Source: an uncultured delta proteobacterium
GTDB lineage: Bacteria; Desulfobacterota; Desulfobacteria; Desulfobacterales; UBA2156
NCBI GenBank assembly: GCA_963736855.1
Contig: CAVTQK010000015.1
Location: 96,001 to 160,000 of the forward strand
DNA length: 64,000 nt
Direction: 5' to 3'
Part shown: one piece after another, positions 1 to 11,364 of the stretch
Numbering within the stretch: the stretch's first letter is position 1
Layout of the letters: every line of letters begins with the position of its first letter
Position numbers and translations under genes: made by a program
The notes under the pieces: model-generated
The model's database searches: none
What the model was told of the DNA's origin: nothing
What the model saw: the letters and a program-made list of their open reading frames with translations, nothing else

Positions 1-126
1 TCTCCAAGAACGGATGTTGTTTACATTCGTACGGCAAGTGCGGAAAAGCAAAAGCTGAGCATTACGCATTACGCGTTGAACGAACCCGTCAAGGCATGGT
101 TGCTCCTGGCGGAGTCGATGACATAA
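1..126 (+). CDS. 3' end of an upstream CDS (partial, unknown product)
   Basis: Frame 1 is open from base 1 to TAA at 124-126, just upstream of the tmcD RBS. Confidence 0.4.
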   Translation, partial: SPRTDVVYIRTASAEKQKLSITHYALNEPVKAWLLLAESMT

Positions 127-174
127 ATCGGGTCGGAGCAGGTTTTTTTAAGCCTTCACCATCAAGGAGGGAAT

Positions 175-1437
175 ATGATTGATCCAAGCAACTGGGACTG
201 GGAGACAAAGGAGAAAACGATTCCTTTTAACCCATGGAAGGAGAACTTCAACTGGGTTGAAGAGCCGTATGCCAGCCCCGATGGAGAAAAGGTGGCCGCC
301 ATCGTCAATGTGGAAGAAGGGGTATTCAGCGCCTGCGTCAACGGGGAGGTCTGGGAGACCACTTTTGATAAAATGTGGCACCTGCGGTTTACCCCGGATG
401 GTAGGTTGTTTGCCATTGTTCAGGATACAGGTGAATGGACAGTGGCTGTGGATGGAGCGCCCTGGGAAAATAAGTTCGGCTATGTCTGGGAGCCGCTATT
501 CAGCCGAGACGGGAAAAATATTGCCGTGGCTGCTCAACAGGACGGGGAATACAAAATGGTCCTAGACGATACGCCATGGGAAAACGCATTTAGTAACATG
601 ACTTATTTCTCCTTAAGCCCGGACGGGACCAAAACCGCCGCTGCAGTCCAGGTGGAGGATTTCGGAGAAGGGGAAATTCATAAATTTCAGAAAGGGTGTT
701 TCACCGCGGCCTTGAACGGGGAAGCGTGGGATACCAAATTTGTCAATGTGTGGAATATGACCATCAGCCCGGATGGAACAAATCTGGCGGCCGAGGTCAG
801 GCTCAATCTTTATGACTATACCATCGCTGTCAACGGAAAGGCCTGGGATAAGGTCTTCGGATGTGTCTGGGAGCCGATTTTCAACCCAAAGACGGGAGGG
901 GTGGTAGCGCCTGTCCGCATTGCGGGCAAATGGACTATGGCCGAAGATGGGAAAATCTTATGGGATGGACGGTTTTTCCAGGTATGGCACCAAGCATTCA
1001 GCCCCAATGGAGAATCCCTTGCCGCCATAGTCTCTCCGAAATACGGGAAATGGACCATTGCGGTGAACGGCCGACCTTGGGGAGCAACTTTCGGTCAAAT
1101 GGTAACGGACATGGTTTTTTCTACTGATGGGTCCCGCATTGCTGCCCTTGCCAAAGAAGGGGAACAGTGGAAGGTGGTCTGCGATGGATCCGCATGGGCG
1201 CAAACTTTTGATATGGCGTGGAAGCCGATTATCAGTTCCAACAGCAAGTACGTCGGGGCAAAGGTCGAAAAGAAAGGGAAATATTTCATTGCCGTCAACG
1301 GCCACATTTGGCCGAAAGAATGTGATGCGGCCTGGGACCCATCATTCAGTCCAGACGAGGAAAAGGTTCTGTTGAGAACAATAGAAAACGGTCAGTACAA
1401 ACGGCGTGTTCTGCCGGTTTCAGAAATCACAGGTTAA
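175..1437 (+). CDS. tmcD: Tmc redox complex subunit TmcD (Trp-rich beta-propeller-like repeats)
   Basis: Repeated W..P.FSPDG....A / W.VAVNG.PW units; first gene of a NarI-like / CCG / c3 cluster; RBS AAGGAGG. Confidence 0.85.
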   Translation: MIDPSNWDWETKEKTIPFNPWKENFNWVEEPYASPDGEKVAAIVNVEEGVFSACVNGEVWETTFDKMWHLRFTPDGRLFAIVQDTGEWTVAVDGAPWENKFGYVWEPLFSRDGKNIAVAAQQDGEYKMVLDDTPWENAFSNMTYFSLSPDGTKTAAAVQVEDFGEGEIHKFQKGCFTAALNGEAWDTKFVNVWNMTISPDGTNLAAEVRLNLYDYTIAVNGKAWDKVFGCVWEPIFNPKTGGVVAPVRIAGKWTMAEDGKILWDGRFFQVWHQAFSPNGESLAAIVSPKYGKWTIAVNGRPWGATFGQMVTDMVFSTDGSRIAALAKEGEQWKVVCDGSAWAQTFDMAWKPIISSNSKYVGAKVEKKGKYFIAVNGHIWPKECDAAWDPSFSPDEEKVLLRTIENGQYKRRVLPVSEITG

Positions 1438-1449
1438 GGGGGGTGACCC

Positions 1450-2109
1450 ATGCATGATATCTACCGATTTGTGAGTGGTCCTCTGGCTTGGGTGGCGTTC
1501 ATCCTTTTTATCGGAGGAAGCTTATATCGACTAATCACCATGATCGTTGAAGTGAAAGAGAAAGAACCCTTTGTTTTTACATATATGAGCCTCAAGTACA
1601 GCCTGCGATCCATACTTCACTGGATCACACCTTTCGGCACGTTGAACTGGCGGCGAAATCCGGTTCTGACCGTGGTCACTTTCGCTTTCCACATCTGCCT
1701 TTTCCTTTCACCTATCTTTTTGCTCGCCCATGTGACGCTATGGGATGAAACGTGGAATATCAGCTGGTGGACCTTGCCCGATGGCGTGGCCGACGTCATG
1801 ACATGGATTGTGATCGCGAGTTGTGTTTTTTTCCTGATCCGGCGGTTGACGCAACGAGAGGTTCAGTTTGTCACTTTTACATCCGACTATGTCATTTTAA
1901 CCATTGTTGCGGCGCCTTTTGTCACGGGCTTTTTGGCATATCACCAGTGGTTCGGATATCCCGTCGTCATGATCCTGCATATTCTGGCAGGAGAGGTAAT
2001 GCTCGTTGCGATTCCGTTTACGAGATTGAGCCACATGCTCTTTTCACCCTTCACGCGGGCGTACATGGGATCGGAGTTCGGTGTCATTCGAAAGTCGAAA
2101 GATTATTGA
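1450..2109 (+). CDS. tmcC: Tmc complex membrane b-type cytochrome subunit (NarI-like)
   Basis: Multiple TM helices with His ligands (FAFH, LAH, ILH), IPFTRLSHM motif; operon context. Confidence 0.88.
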   Translation: MHDIYRFVSGPLAWVAFILFIGGSLYRLITMIVEVKEKEPFVFTYMSLKYSLRSILHWITPFGTLNWRRNPVLTVVTFAFHICLFLSPIFLLAHVTLWDETWNISWWTLPDGVADVMTWIVIASCVFFLIRRLTQREVQFVTFTSDYVILTIVAAPFVTGFLAYHQWFGYPVVMILHILAGEVMLVAIPFTRLSHMLFSPFTRAYMGSEFGVIRKSKDY

Positions 2110-2182
2110 TAGAATGTCGATGGAAGACAGACGAAAATTCGGCGTCCTATTAACAGGCGATCCGAAATAAGGAGGAGAAACC

Positions 2183-3538
2183 ATGGCGGAGCCAGCCGTT
2201 TTACAGGATCCGGCAAAAGAAAAAGAAGAAGAGAAAGTCGTCGATGAAGGGATCGACGTCGGCATTTCCAGACTTACGGAAGATAAAATCGAAAAGGTCA
2301 TCAACCAGGTTCTCAAAGGGGAGACCGGAGCGCGTCTTAAAACATATGTAAATACATGCATCCATTGTGGTCTTTGCAGCGAGGCATGTCATTATTACAT
2401 GTCCCACGACAAAGATCCCATTTGGTCCCCGGTGGGAAAGGTAAAACAGACCCTATGGGAGATGATCAAGAAAAAAGGTCGGGTAAGCCCCGAGTTCATC
2501 CGGAGGGCCGTCGAGATCGCACAGACCGAATGTAACCTTTGCCGTCGATGCATGCAATTTTGCCCTTTTGGAATCGACATCGCTTACTTAATCGCAACAG
2601 TCCGGAGGATTTGTCACAAGTTGGGGGTCACACCGCGATACATCCAGGACACGGCCCACAGTCACAGTGTCACCATGAACCAGATGTGGGTCAAGGGTGA
2701 TGAATGGCCGGATACCCTTCAATGGCAGGAAGAAGAAGCTCGGGGAGAGTTCCCAAAATTGAGGATTCCCCTGGATAAGGAAGGTGCTGACATCATGTAT
2801 TCGGTCATCGCACCGGAACCCAAGTTTCAGGCACAGCTCATTTACCAGGCTGCTGCCATCATGGAAGTCGCTGGTGTGAACTGGACAATGCCCTCCTCCA
2901 TGGGGTGGGATAACAGCGACATGGCCATGTTCACCGGGGATAACGAGATCATGGGACGGGTCAAGCGGGCACATTTCGAGACGGCCGTACGGCTTCGAGT
3001 GAAACGGATCGTCATGGGCGAATGCGGACACGCCTTCCGATCGGTTTACGATACCGGGAACCGCTGGCTCGGATGGAGCGAACCTCCTATTCCCATCGTC
3101 CATGCCATCGATTTTTACTACGAGCTGCTCAAGGACAATCGGATTCCCATTAAGGAAAAATTCAAAGAGCCGGTCACACTCCATGACCCGTGTAACGTGG
3201 TTCGGGGAGGCGGTCTGGCGGAAAAATCGCGATATGTGGCCCATGCCCTGTGTGAAACCGTCATCGAGATGTATCCGAACCGGGAATATAATTATTGCTG
3301 CTGTGCCGGCGGAGGAGTCATCAACTGCGGTCCCCCTTACAAGTTAAAGCGGGTAAAGAGCAACCGGGTAAAGGCAGAACAATTGATGGATGCCAGGACC
3401 CGGGGTGCAAAGGTGATCATTTCCCCCTGCCATAACTGTCATAGCGGGTTGAAAGACATTAAAGATTACTACGACCTCCACATGGACATCAAATTTTTCG
3501 GGGATATCATTTACAAGATCATGGAGAAACCCGAATGA
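2183..3538 (+). CDS. tmcB: Tmc complex Fe-S/CCG (HdrD/DsrK-like) subunit
   Basis: [11 protein letters not shown] and [12 protein letters not shown] ferredoxin motifs, ECGH, HDPC, CCCAGGG. Confidence 0.88.
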   Translation: MAEPAVLQDPAKEKEEEKVVDEGIDVGISRLTEDKIEKVINQVLKGETGARLKTYVNTCIHCGLCSEACHYYMSHDKDPIWSPVGKVKQTLWEMIKKKGRVSPEFIRRAVEIAQTECNLCRRCMQFCPFGIDIAYLIATVRRICHKLGVTPRYIQDTAHSHSVTMNQMWVKGDEWPDTLQWQEEEARGEFPKLRIPLDKEGADIMYSVIAPEPKFQAQLIYQAAAIMEVAGVNWTMPSSMGWDNSDMAMFTGDNEIMGRVKRAHFETAVRLRVKRIVMGECGHAFRSVYDTGNRWLGWSEPPIPIVHAIDFYYELLKDNRIPIKEKFKEPVTLHDPCNVVRGGGLAEKSRYVAHALCETVIEMYPNREYNYCCCAGGGVINCGPPYKLKRVKSNRVKAEQLMDARTRGAKVIISPCHNCHSGLKDIKDYYDLHMDIKFFGDIIYKIMEKPE

Positions 3539-3555
3539 CTAGAAGGAGAGCCAAA

Positions 3556-3936
3556 ATGAAAAAAGGGTTGTTCATCATTGCCGGGGCTTTTTTTCTTTCT
3601 GCCATGATGTTACTCTCAGTACATTCTCAGGAAGATATGACGGAAGTGGATCGGAACGTTTTTACAAACCCGCAGAGACCGGCCGCGATGTTCAAGCATG
3701 ACGCGCACAATGAGAAAACCGGAATCGAGAACTGTAATGAGTGTCACCATGTTTACGAGGATGGAAAGATCGTGGAAGACCAGTCATCCGAAGACCAGAG
3801 GTGCTCGGATTGCCACGGCCTGAAGACGGAGGGGAATAAGCTTTCTCTAGTCAAGGCGTTCCATGTCAATTGCAAGGGGTGTCACGCAAAACAGAAAAAA
3901 GGACCGGTCATGTGCGGCGAGTGCCATGTTCGATAA
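3556..3936 (+). CDS. tmcA: Tetraheme cytochrome c3 TmcA
   Basis: Signal peptide plus four CxxCH motifs (CNECH, CSDCH, CKGCH, CGECH); start moved to ATG 3556 after AAGGAG. Confidence 0.9.
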   Translation: MKKGLFIIAGAFFLSAMMLLSVHSQEDMTEVDRNVFTNPQRPAAMFKHDAHNEKTGIENCNECHHVYEDGKIVEDQSSEDQRCSDCHGLKTEGNKLSLVKAFHVNCKGCHAKQKKGPVMCGECHVR

Positions 3937-3994
3937 CTCCGTCTTCCTAAGGCGGGAGTCTTGAAGCCAAAACCCATAGCGAAAGAGGTATGTC

Positions 3995-4345
3995 ATGGCG
4001 AAAAAAATATTAGTAATCGATGATGATCCAGTGATCGTGAAATATCTAATCAACCTCTTTGAAGACAACGGGTATGTCACTTGCACCGCTTCCAGCAGCA
4101 TGGAAGGGCTAGAGGTGGTTAAGAAGGAGAAACCGGATCTCATCACCCTGGATCTACAAATGCCCCAGGAATGGGGGCCTCGATTCTACCGAAAACTCAG
4201 ACAGGACAAAGGGCTGAAGGACACCCCGGTCATCGTCATCACGGGAATCGACGGCGACCATGCCATCAAAGATGCTGTCGCCTTTCTGAGCAAACCCTTT
4301 GATCCGGACAAGCTTCTCGGGATCGTCAAGCGGACCATCGGATAA
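3995..4345 (+). CDS. Single-domain response regulator (CheY/DivK-like)
   Basis: ILVIDDD, DLITLDLQMP and KP receiver motifs. Confidence 0.9.
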   Translation: MAKKILVIDDDPVIVKYLINLFEDNGYVTCTASSSMEGLEVVKKEKPDLITLDLQMPQEWGPRFYRKLRQDKGLKDTPVIVITGIDGDHAIKDAVAFLSKPFDPDKLLGIVKRTIG

Positions 4346-4357
4346 CCGCTCTTCTCG

Positions 4358-4397
4358 CCGCTGCAGGCGAGAACCATTTCGTCTGCAGCGGATTTTT
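4358..4397 (+). terminator. Probable intrinsic terminator
   Basis: Stem CCGCTGCAGGCGA / TCGTCTGCAGCGG followed by ATTTTT. Confidence 0.55.
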
Positions 4398-4567
4398 CGC
4401 GAGTCCTTCCCTAGTAAATGCAACCTTTTCTTCCCAAAACACCTCCAAAAGCCTGATTATTTTCGTGCATTTAGACTGTTTTTCTGGTAAAAGCTTCTAA
4501 TCTGCCTTCCGGCCCGATCCTGCGGGCGCTTACAGTCCATATCTTTTAAGATCTTAGGGCACAAACA

Positions 4568-6514
4568 ATGGATGAACGAATCCTTTTGGTAGATGACGAA
4601 GAGGGGATCCGAAAGGTTCTCGGGATTGCACTGGCCGACATTGGTTATACAGTTTTCACTGCCGAAGACGGGGATCAGGCCCTAGCTATTTTCCGGAGGG
4701 AAAGGCCGGAAATCGTACTGACCGACATCAAGATGCCGGGGATGGACGGTATTCAACTTCTCGAAGCCATTAAAAGCGAGTCCCCGGATACGGAGGTCAT
4801 CATGATCACCGGACACGGGGACATGGACCTTGCCATCAAGAGCCTCAAGCATGAAGCCACTGATTTTATCACCAAACCCATCAACGATGATGTTCTGGGG
4901 ATCGCTCTCAAGCGCGCCCACGAGCGGATTTCCATGAGAGGCCAGCTCCGGGCCTACACGGAAAACCTGGAGAATCTGGTCCGAGAAAAATCGGCCCGCC
5001 TGATGGAACTGGAGCGGCAAACGGCGGTGGGTCAGACGGTGGAAGGGCTCTCCGAAGCCATCCGGAGCATTGCCGGAGATCTGGATTCCAGACCCGGCGG
5101 CATCACCTATTTCAATGACATGCCCTGTTTTGTTTCCATTCACAACCGAGACCTGAAAGTGATTGCAACCAACGCACTGTATTCACGCCGCCTGGGAGAC
5201 CGTGTGGGAGGAAGCAGTTGGGAAATCTACACAGGGAAAAAAAATGAAATCGATGACTGCCCTGTTAAAAGAACCTTCCGGTCCGGTGTCGGCCAGCGGA
5301 GCCGTGAGACCGTGCGGTATCAGGCCGGGAAGGAAATGCCGGTCATCGTCCACACGGCGCCCATTCGCAACCGTGAAAACCAGGTGGAACTGGTAATAGA
5401 AATCGTCGCCGATGTGGGAGAAATCGAACGTCTACAGGAAGAGCTCCGGACTACCCGGCAGCGGTATCGACAGCTTTTCGACGAGGTCCCCTGCTATATT
5501 TCGGTTCAGGACCGGGAGCTTCGGGTTGTCGAGGCCAACCGGCGGTTCAAGGAAGATTTCGGAGAAGCCATCGGATCGCGCTGCCACCGAATCTATAAGC
5601 ACCGGGAAGATCCCTGCATGGATTGCCCGGTCGTTAAAACCTTCGAGGACGGCAACGCACATCAGTCCGAAATGGTAGTCACCTCTCGGACTGGAGATTT
5701 ATATAATGTCCTGATCTGGACCGCCCCCATCCGGAATGCCGCCGGAGAGATCGTTCAGGTTATGGAACTCCTCACCAACATCACCCAGATTCGCCAGCTC
5801 CAAGATCATTTATCCTCATTGGGGCTTCTCATCGGATCCATATCTCACGGCATTAAAGGTCTGCTTACCGGGCTCGACGGAGGGATGTACCTGGTTTCCT
5901 CCGGGTTTGACAAGGAAAATACGGTCCAGATCCAGGAAGGATGGGAGACGGTAAAGCTTATGGCGGACCGGATCCGAAGCATGGTGCTCAATATCCTGTA
6001 TTATGCCAAGAAGCGGAAGCTTAACTGGGAGAAAGTGGACGCGATCCGTTTCGCCAACGAAGTGGCCGCCACCGTCGAGTCAAAAATGGCGTCTCATCAT
6101 ATCCGGTTTGTGAAATCGTTTGCTCTGGACGTCGGACAGTTCGAGATAGATGTAGGGGTAGTTCACAGCGCTCTCATCAATATCCTGGAGAATGCGATGG
6201 ATGCGTGTCTTGCGGATCGGTCGGGCAAGAACTCCGAGGTTTGGTTCGTAGTGAATGCAGATATCGAAACCATCGTTTTCGAGGTGAAAGATAACGGAGC
6301 CGGAATGGATCCGGAGACAAGGGATAATCTTTTCACCCTGTTTTTTTCCACCAAAGGGAAAAGCGGGACCGGTTTGGGATTGTTTATCTCCAATAAGATC
6401 ATCGAGCAGCATGGAGGCAGGATTCAGGTTGAAAGCACTCCAGGAAGCGGTTCCTGTTTCCGGATCCACATGCCCAAAACACTCCCCGAGTCGGCCAAGA
6501 ATATGAATTCATAA
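4568..6514 (+). CDS. Hybrid receiver-PAS-PAS histidine kinase
   Basis: N-terminal receiver (LLVDDE, TDIKMPG), two PAS-like repeats with CPV, H-box SHGIK, HATPase N/G boxes (GTGLGL). Confidence 0.9.
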   Translation: MDERILLVDDEEGIRKVLGIALADIGYTVFTAEDGDQALAIFRRERPEIVLTDIKMPGMDGIQLLEAIKSESPDTEVIMITGHGDMDLAIKSLKHEATDFITKPINDDVLGIALKRAHERISMRGQLRAYTENLENLVREKSARLMELERQTAVGQTVEGLSEAIRSIAGDLDSRPGGITYFNDMPCFVSIHNRDLKVIATNALYSRRLGDRVGGSSWEIYTGKKNEIDDCPVKRTFRSGVGQRSRETVRYQAGKEMPVIVHTAPIRNRENQVELVIEIVADVGEIERLQEELRTTRQRYRQLFDEVPCYISVQDRELRVVEANRRFKEDFGEAIGSRCHRIYKHREDPCMDCPVVKTFEDGNAHQSEMVVTSRTGDLYNVLIWTAPIRNAAGEIVQVMELLTNITQIRQLQDHLSSLGLLIGSISHGIKGLLTGLDGGMYLVSSGFDKENTVQIQEGWETVKLMADRIRSMVLNILYYAKKRKLNWEKVDAIRFANEVAATVESKMASHHIRFVKSFALDVGQFEIDVGVVHSALINILENAMDACLADRSGKNSEVWFVVNADIETIVFEVKDNGAGMDPETRDNLFTLFFSTKGKSGTGLGLFISNKIIEQHGGRIQVESTPGSGSCFRIHMPKTLPESAKNMNS

Positions 6515-6576
6515 ACACCCAGCACCGTTATCATTTGAGGCTTCGGTAGATCTTGTAAGAGATTTGAGGAGATATT

Positions 6577-9500
6577 ATGAAAAGAAAAATCCTCCAGGAA
6601 GCCATAGCACTGGCGGAGGCTTGGCAGAATCGAGCCAATGAACTCCTGACTCAAGAGGAAAAGGGGATCCAGGAGCAGATGCTGCGGCTGGTGACCCACC
6701 CCATGGACAAGGCGGTCCTGACCCGGCTCATCGATATCAGTTTTCGATCAGAGGACCCCGCACGGGTGGCCGATCAGGTCAGCGCGCTGCTCAAAGCTCA
6801 CGGCGTTCCGGATTTTTTTTCCCGGGTTGAAAAACTCCTGGTCCAGATGTTTTTAGGGTTGGGAAGGTATTTTCCAACCCTTTCGGTTCCCAAGATGATC
6901 GAGAAGATGCGCCAGAGCAGCAGTCGGGCCATCATCCCGGGAGAGCCGGATGTGTTACACGCCCACCTGCAAAAGCGCAAAGAACAGGGCGTCCGGATGA
7001 ATATCAACCACCTCGGAGAAGCCGTGCTTGGAGAAAAGGAAGCCCATACCCGGCTGCTCACCTATTTAAGAGACCTGCAAAACCCGGAAATCGAATATAT
7101 TTCCATCAAGATTTCCACCCTCTTTTCCCAGATCAACCCCCTGGCTTTCGAGGAGACCGTACAAACCATCGTTTCACGCCTATCCCGTCTTTTGGAGATT
7201 GCCGGAAAGAACATCTTTATCCGAAAAGACGGAGCAGCCGTGCCCAAATTCATCAACCTGGATATGGAGGAATATCGGGATCTGAGAATCACTGCCGAAG
7301 CGTTCAGGAAGACGCTGGATCAGGAGGCCTTCCTAAACCATTCGGCCGGCATTGCCCTCCAGGCCTATCTTCCGGACTCCTATTCCATCCAACAGGAACT
7401 AACCGAATGGGCCAGAAACCGGATCAATCGTGGCGGGAACCCCATCAAAATCCGTGTGGTCAAGGGAGCGAACATGGAGATGGAGATGGTGGAGTCCGCC
7501 CTGAGGGACTGGCCGCTGGCGCCTTATGACAATAAACTGGATGTGGATGCCAACTTCAAGAGGATGGTGGAATACGGCCTGCAGCCGGAAAATGCCCGGG
7601 CGGTTCATTTGGGAATCGGATCCCATAATCTCTTCGAACTGGCCTATGCCTATAGGCTGGCCAAAGAAAATGGGGTGACACCTTATTTTTCTTTCGAGAT
7701 GCTGGAGGGAATGGCCGATCATGTTCGCAGGGCCATTGCGGAAAGCCGGGAGGAGTTGGTCCTGTATGCGCCTGTGGCGACCCGGGACCAATTCATCAAT
7801 GCCATTTCGTATCTTATCCGACGCCTGGATGAAAACACGGCTCCGGACAATTTCCTGCGCTACTCCTTTCATCTGGACACCCGATCGGAAGCCTGGGAAA
7901 CATTGAAAAGGCAGTTTATTCAGTCTGTTACCATCCGGGACACGGTTCGATCGGCGCCTCATCGGACTCAAAATCGCCATATCGAAATTCATGACCGGCC
8001 TAAGGGGACGTTCCATGAAAGAATCTTTTCAAATGAACCCGATACCGACTGGTCCCTTTCGGCCAATCAGCAATGGGCGCAATCCATTCGGAAGAAATGG
8101 CAGAAGCAATCCGAAGACCCGGCGGTGGATATCCCTCTCGTTATAGGAGGGCGAGAAATCCATAAGGGCAGCAAGATTCAGGATTGTTTCGATCCCAATG
8201 TATTACCCGAACGTGTCTGCGTGGCTCGATACGCCGCCGCAGATGAAGCCGATATCCTTCAGGCGGTGACCGTAGCCAAGGAAGATCCCGACGGCTGGAG
8301 AGCCTTGTCCGTCGACAAGCGCCATAGGATCCTTTCCGGGGCAGTTTGTGCCCTTCGCCGGGCTAGGGCCGATCTTATCGGCGCGGCCGCCGCCAACACC
8401 GGAAAAGTTTTCACCGAAGCCGACCCCGAGGTGAGTGAGGCCGTCGATTTCGTCGAATATTATCCGCATGCCGTGCAGGCCTTTTCCCGCGTGCCGAACC
8501 TGAAGGCTCGTGGAAAAGGCGTGGGGGTCGTGATCTCTCCATGGAATTTTCCCATCGCCATCCCGGCCGGAGGAATCGCGGCCGCATTGGCAGCCGGAAA
8601 CACGGTTCTTTTCAAACCGGCCTCACCTGCGGTTTTGGTGGCTTGGGAGCTTTGTCAATGTTTCTGGGATGCCGGGGTCTCCCGGAATACCCTTCAGTTT
8701 CTTCCCGGTTCCGGGGATGTGTCCGGAAAAATTTTAACCGGGCATCCGGATGTCGATTTCGTGATTCTGACCGGCGGCACACAGACCGGCCTAGTGATTT
8801 TGCGGCATCGTCCGGATCTGCACCTTGCCGCGGAGACCGGCGGGAAGAACGCCACCATTGTGACCGCCATGTCGGACCGGGATCAGGCAATCGCCCATGT
8901 CGTCCATTCGGCTTTCAGCAACTGCGGGCAGAAATGCAGCGCCACTTCGCTTTTAATTCTGGAAAAAGAGATTTACCGAAGTGAGAAATTCATGGCGCAG
9001 TTGGTGGATGCGGTCACAAGCCTTCCGGTAGGATCGGCCTGGGACTTCACCAGCAAGATGGGCCCGTTGATTCGTCCTCCGGAAGGGGATTTGAAACGAG
9101 CCATGACCCACCTGGAACCGGGGGAATCCTGGGCTCTCAAACCGAAAAACATCGGCGGAAATCCCCATCTATGGACACCGGGAATCAAATACAATGTTCA
9201 ACCCGGTTCCTTTACCCATATGACCGAGTTTTTCGGTCCGGTTCTCGGGGTTATGGAGGCAAAAGATCTAACGGAAGCTATCGAGCTGGTCAACCAGACC
9301 GGCTATGGTCTGACGAGCGGTCTGGAAAGCCTGGACCAACGGGAGCATGAACAATGGAAGAAAGGGATCCGGGCCGGAAATTTATATATCAACCGGGGTA
9401 CCACCGGAGCCGTGGTCCTACGACAGCCGTTCGGCGGGATGGGAAAGTCGGCTTTAGGGGCCGCCATCAAGGTCGGATACGCCAACTATCCGGCCCAGTT

Positions 9501-10173
9501 CATGACGTTTACCGAAACCGGACCGCCGGAAATCGATGCCCTTGAAAAAAGCCATCCTCTGCTTCACGCGGCCCAAAGGCTACAGTCGGCCATCGACTGG
9601 GGGCAGGCCGATGAATCTGCGGATGATCTGAAAAAGACCGTCTGCGCCATCCGCAGTTACCTGTATTGGCAGGAACAGGAGTTTGGAAAGGAGAAGGATT
9701 TTTTTCATCTGAGGGGTCAGGACAACATCCACCGCTACCTACCGGCGGGGGAGGTTGTCATTCGGCTGCACCCTGCCGACACCCTTTTCGAGGCATTAGG
9801 CAGGATTACCGCGTCTCAGATAGCGGGATGCAGGATTTCGGTAAGCATCCCCTCCGGGCTGGAAAACGATGTGACCCGATTTCTTACCGGAAGAAAGGGT
9901 AAGCCGTTTGTCCATCACTGTCCGATTTTTATCGAAAGCGACGAGGAACTGATGGATTCCATGGGGCGGATTCAGCGGATCCGGTATGCGGCAGAAGATC
10001 GAGTTCCCGTGAAGGTTCGTGAGGCAGCAGCGCAAACCGGATTCTATATATCCCGAACCCCGGTCATGATGGAGGGGCGCATCGAGCTGCTCCAGTATGT
10101 GCAAAACCAGAGCATCTGTGATACCTACCATCGGTATGGAAACATCGGGGAGCGGGGCTTGATTGAGGCATGA
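6577..10173 (+). CDS. putA: Bifunctional proline dehydrogenase / P5C dehydrogenase
   Basis: NHLGEA, DMEE, RVVKGAN, YLIRRLDEN; ALDH motifs SPWNFP, ETGGKN, GQKCSA, EFFGP. Confidence 0.95.
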   Translation: MKRKILQEAIALAEAWQNRANELLTQEEKGIQEQMLRLVTHPMDKAVLTRLIDISFRSEDPARVADQVSALLKAHGVPDFFSRVEKLLVQMFLGLGRYFPTLSVPKMIEKMRQSSSRAIIPGEPDVLHAHLQKRKEQGVRMNINHLGEAVLGEKEAHTRLLTYLRDLQNPEIEYISIKISTLFSQINPLAFEETVQTIVSRLSRLLEIAGKNIFIRKDGAAVPKFINLDMEEYRDLRITAEAFRKTLDQEAFLNHSAGIALQAYLPDSYSIQQELTEWARNRINRGGNPIKIRVVKGANMEMEMVESALRDWPLAPYDNKLDVDANFKRMVEYGLQPENARAVHLGIGSHNLFELAYAYRLAKENGVTPYFSFEMLEGMADHVRRAIAESREELVLYAPVATRDQFINAISYLIRRLDENTAPDNFLRYSFHLDTRSEAWETLKRQFIQSVTIRDTVRSAPHRTQNRHIEIHDRPKGTFHERIFSNEPDTDWSLSANQQWAQSIRKKWQKQSEDPAVDIPLVIGGREIHKGSKIQDCFDPNVLPERVCVARYAAADEADILQAVTVAKEDPDGWRALSVDKRHRILSGAVCALRRARADLIGAAAANTGKVFTEADPEVSEAVDFVEYYPHAVQAFSRVPNLKARGKGVGVVISPWNFPIAIPAGGIAAALAAGNTVLFKPASPAVLVAWELCQCFWDAGVSRNTLQFLPGSGDVSGKILTGHPDVDFVILTGGTQTGLVILRHRPDLHLAAETGGKNATIVTAMSDRDQAIAHVVHSAFSNCGQKCSATSLLILEKEIYRSEKFMAQLVDAVTSLPVGSAWDFTSKMGPLIRPPEGDLKRAMTHLEPGESWALKPKNIGGNPHLWTPGIKYNVQPGSFTHMTEFFGPVLGVMEAKDLTEAIELVNQTGYGLTSGLESLDQREHEQWKKGIRAGNLYINRGTTGAVVLRQPFGGMGKSALGAAIKVGYANYPAQFMTFTETGPPEIDALEKSHPLLHAAQRLQSAIDWGQADESADDLKKTVCAIRSYLYWQEQEFGKEKDFFHLRGQDNIHRYLPAGEVVIRLHPADTLFEALGRITASQIAGCRISVSIPSGLENDVTRFLTGRKGKPFVHHCPIFIESDEELMDSMGRIQRIRYAAEDRVPVKVREAAAQTGFYISRTPVMMEGRIELLQYVQNQSICDTYHRYGNIGERGLIEA

Positions 10174-11138
10174 ATACTTCGGGATTCGAAAAGCATCCGA
10201 GGAAGGGATATATTTTCGTAATCATTGCCGCACTCCTGTGGGGTGTGTCGGGTCCGAGCGCCAAGTTCCTGTTTAATTCCGGCATCACCCCTTTTCAACT
10301 GGTCCAGCTTCGTTTAACCCTTTCGGTGGGAATCCTGTTTGGGGTGCTGGCGGCCTTACGGCCGTCGCTTTTGAGAATATCGATCAAGGACATTTGGTAT
10401 TTTATCTTTTTCGGAACGGTGGGGATGGCCGGCGTCCAGTTTACGTATCTGTATGCTATCAGCAAGATCAATGTGGCGACGGCGGTTCTCCTTCAATACA
10501 TGGCACCTTTTTTCATCGTGATCTATTCCGCCCTGTTCTTGAAGGAGAAACCGAGCCGAGCCACCACCCTGGCGCTGGTGAGCGCCTTCACCGGCTGCTA
10601 TTTAGTGGTCGGCGCCTACAATCTCAGTCTTTTGTCCATGAATCTTTCCGGCGTGTTGAGTGCCATTTTATCGGCCATCGCTTTTGCCTGGTACGGCATT
10701 TACGGGGAATACGGCATGCGGCGGTACGAGCCCTGGACCGTTCTCTTTTTCGCCTTTGTTTTTGCGGCCCTGGTCTGGAATATCGCCCACCCCCCTCTGG
10801 AAGCCTTTTTTCATGAATATACCTGGATCCAGTGGGGCTGGATTCTTTATATCGCCCTTTTCGGAACGCTGGTTCCTTTCGGTTTATACCTGAAAGGGGT
10901 CAATCTCATCCGGGCCGCCCGGGCCGGCATTACCGCCACCCTGGAACCTATTGCGGCCGGCATCCTTTCAGCCGTCTTTTTAAACGAAATCCTTTCCCCA
11001 CTCCAGATATTCGGGGGGGTCCTGGTCATCGCCGCGGTAATCTTGCTTCAGCTCAAGCAGGAGTTTGACGAAAAGGCACCCGCCATCATCCGGGCCAAGG
11101 CTCTGGAATCCGCCGCCCGGTCACAGGAAAACCCCTGA
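10170..11138 (+). CDS. DMT/EamA family transporter
   Basis: About 10 TM helices, LWG and LEPI motifs; overlaps the putA stop (ATGA). Confidence 0.88.
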   Translation: MNTSGFEKHPRKGYIFVIIAALLWGVSGPSAKFLFNSGITPFQLVQLRLTLSVGILFGVLAALRPSLLRISIKDIWYFIFFGTVGMAGVQFTYLYAISKINVATAVLLQYMAPFFIVIYSALFLKEKPSRATTLALVSAFTGCYLVVGAYNLSLLSMNLSGVLSAILSAIAFAWYGIYGEYGMRRYEPWTVLFFAFVFAALVWNIAHPPLEAFFHEYTWIQWGWILYIALFGTLVPFGLYLKGVNLIRAARAGITATLEPIAAGILSAVFLNEILSPLQIFGGVLVIAAVILLQLKQEFDEKAPAIIRAKALESAARSQENP

Positions 11139-11364
11139 AAAGGGGCCGCTGATAACGAAAAACACTGCAAACTTCGATCGTGGATCAGAAATCTTCATCC
11201 TTAATAAGGATATAGATTTTTTGAATCCGCATCGATTCTATCATTTAAAATATCAATTTGACTGATTATTTGTATCGATTTAGAATTTATAACCAGGCGA
11301 ATTCGATTCAAGCATTGGGATCAACCCTTGCGACACAAGGATTCCAGGAAAGAAAAAACGACTC

